Assembly: GCA_964609095.1 (NCBI GenBank)
Contig: CAZSQN010000002.1
Location: 88,066-152,065, forward strand
Length of the DNA: 64,000 nucleotides
Reading direction: 5' to 3'
From: an uncultured Gammaproteobacteria bacterium
GTDB lineage: Bacteria > Patescibacteriota > Patescibacteriia > CAZSQN01
The notes beneath the pieces are model-generated. The model made no database searches and was not told the DNA's origin. It saw only the letters and a program-made list of their open reading frames with translations. Position numbers and translations under genes: made by a program. Below, one piece after another: positions 62,966 to 64,000 of the stretch (its first letter is position 1; every line of letters starts with the position of its first letter).

Positions 62966-64000
62966 AAAATCCTGTCTGTCTTGCCTTAAGCGCGTGGCGG
63001 ATAATTTTGCCGTTTTCAGTGCGGGGAATGCTGTCAATTCTAAAAATCTCCCCGGGCAGTTTGCTTCCTTCCAGTTTGCCTCTTAAGGCATTCCTAATAA
63101 CCTCGTCGGAAACCGGCCGCGCCTCGGTGATAAAAAGCCGCACTGCCTCGCCCAATAGCGGATCGCTCGCGCCTACCGCCGCGGCATCGGCCACTCCGTC
63201 TACGGTTTTGGCCGCCTGTTCTATTTCATAAGGAAATACTTTTTCTCCGGAAACATTGATAATATCATCCTGCCGGCCGTCAAAATAAACAAAGCCGTCA
63301 GCGTTTTTATGCCCCATATCGCCGGTATGCAGCCATCCGCCGGAGACGCTTTTTGACGCCTCGTCATTGTCCCAATAAGAATCAATGACATGGGGCCCCT
63401 TGATGCAAATTTCCCCCGTTACTCCGGGCAGTACCTCCCCGCCGGAAGCGTCCATTATCTTAATTTCCGCGCCCGGAACCGCCGCTCCCACCAATCCTTG
63501 TTTGTAGCCGGCTGTTCTGAAATTGACAAAGGCAGAGCGCGACGCTTCCGTCAGGCCGTAGTAATAATAAAAATCAGCCAGCGGAAGCGCGGAAAGAATT
63601 CCGCTTACCAATTCTTCTTCCAAAATAGAGATATTGGTCTGAACAAATCTTAATCCCCGGCAGCGCTCTAATTCCGGCCGAAAATCGCGCAGCATCAGCC
63701 GCAGAATAGCCGGCGCCGCGCCAAAAGTCGTTGCTTTTTTCTCGAAAATGGCGGCTAAAATATTTTTAAGGCCGATGGCGTCTCTGAATAAAACCGTTGT
63801 TCCTCCAGCCGCGAAAACACAGTGCAGATGCCCTAATCCGAACGAATGCGAGAGAGGCGAAACATTGACATCAATATCATTTTCATTCCATTTCAAAATA
63901 TTAATAATGTTTTTTGTCGCGGAGACCGCGTTTCTATGCCGCAATTTAACTCCTTTGGGCTCTCCCGTGGTTCCGGAAGTAAAAATAACGGTTGAAACAT
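62958..64000 (-). CDS. AMP-dependent synthetase/ligase (ANL family), partial; N-terminus beyond the window end
   Basis: The P-loop TSGTTGEPKGV is encoded at 63950-63985 on the minus strand; …WLHTGDMGHKNADGFVYFDGRQDDIINVSGEKV…GKI…. Confidence 0.8.
   Translation of the reverse strand, partial: VSTVIFTSGTTGEPKGVKLRHRNAVSATKNIINILKWNENDIDVNVSPLSHSFGLGHLHCVFAAGGTTVLFRDAIGLKNILAAIFEKKATTFGAAPAILRLMLRDFRPELERCRGLRFVQTNISILEEELVSGILSALPLADFYYYYGLTEASRSAFVNFRTAGYKQGLVGAAVPGAEIKIMDASGGEVLPGVTGEICIKGPHVIDSYWDNDEASKSVSGGWLHTGDMGHKNADGFVYFDGRQDDIINVSGEKVFPYEIEQAAKTVDGVADAAAVGASDPLLGEAVRLFITEARPVSDEVIRNALRGKLEGSKLPGEIFRIDSIPRTENGKIIRHALKARQTGFYD

Overview
The window is an almost uninterrupted cell-envelope glycan biosynthesis region. 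The dense co-directional packing and small proteins suggest a small-genome, CPR-like organism, but that is inference. Only rpmA, pyrG, a NUDIX hydrolase, a cdd/nucleoside-phosphorylase pair and an S8 protease fall outside that theme. Glycan genes called from the ORF translations: a scattered dTDP-6-deoxyhexose set (rmlA-like, rmlD, rmlB, FdtA-type 3,4-ketoisomerase); GT4, GT2 and GT-C glycosyltransferases; a DPM1-like GT2 with a DUF2304-like partner; a WbaP-like initiating phosphotransferase; and a Wzx-like flippase. There are two nonulosonic-acid (sialic-acid-like) gene sets, one built on a NeuB domain fused to a xylose-isomerase-like TIM barrel. A sulfosugar module is present: APS/PAPS reductase (ECGLH motif), SQD1/SqdB-like UDP-sulfoquinovose synthase and a TauE/SafE permease. 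Three paralogous TagF/TagB-like polyol-phosphate transferases are interleaved with Zn-ribbon SAM methyltransferases. A LuxC/LuxE/Fe-ADH/ANL-ligase acyl-tailoring cassette sits next to a sugar aminotransferase and an acetyltransferase. At the DNA level the intergenic regions are unusual in three ways. A 12-bp motif, CCCCGCACATAA/TTATGTGCGGGG, brackets several intergenic regions as inverted pairs and abuts start codons, producing 'MRGM' start artefacts in the ORF track. Paired, mutually complementary blocks of tandem heptanucleotide (once octanucleotide) repeats lie immediately upstream of at least eight genes. A perfect 72-bp direct repeat precedes two sigma70-like promoters of the TTGACA-17-TTTAAT type. 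No tRNA, rRNA, CRISPR array or transposase was recognised. Function calls rest on motifs recalled from the translations, not on database searches.
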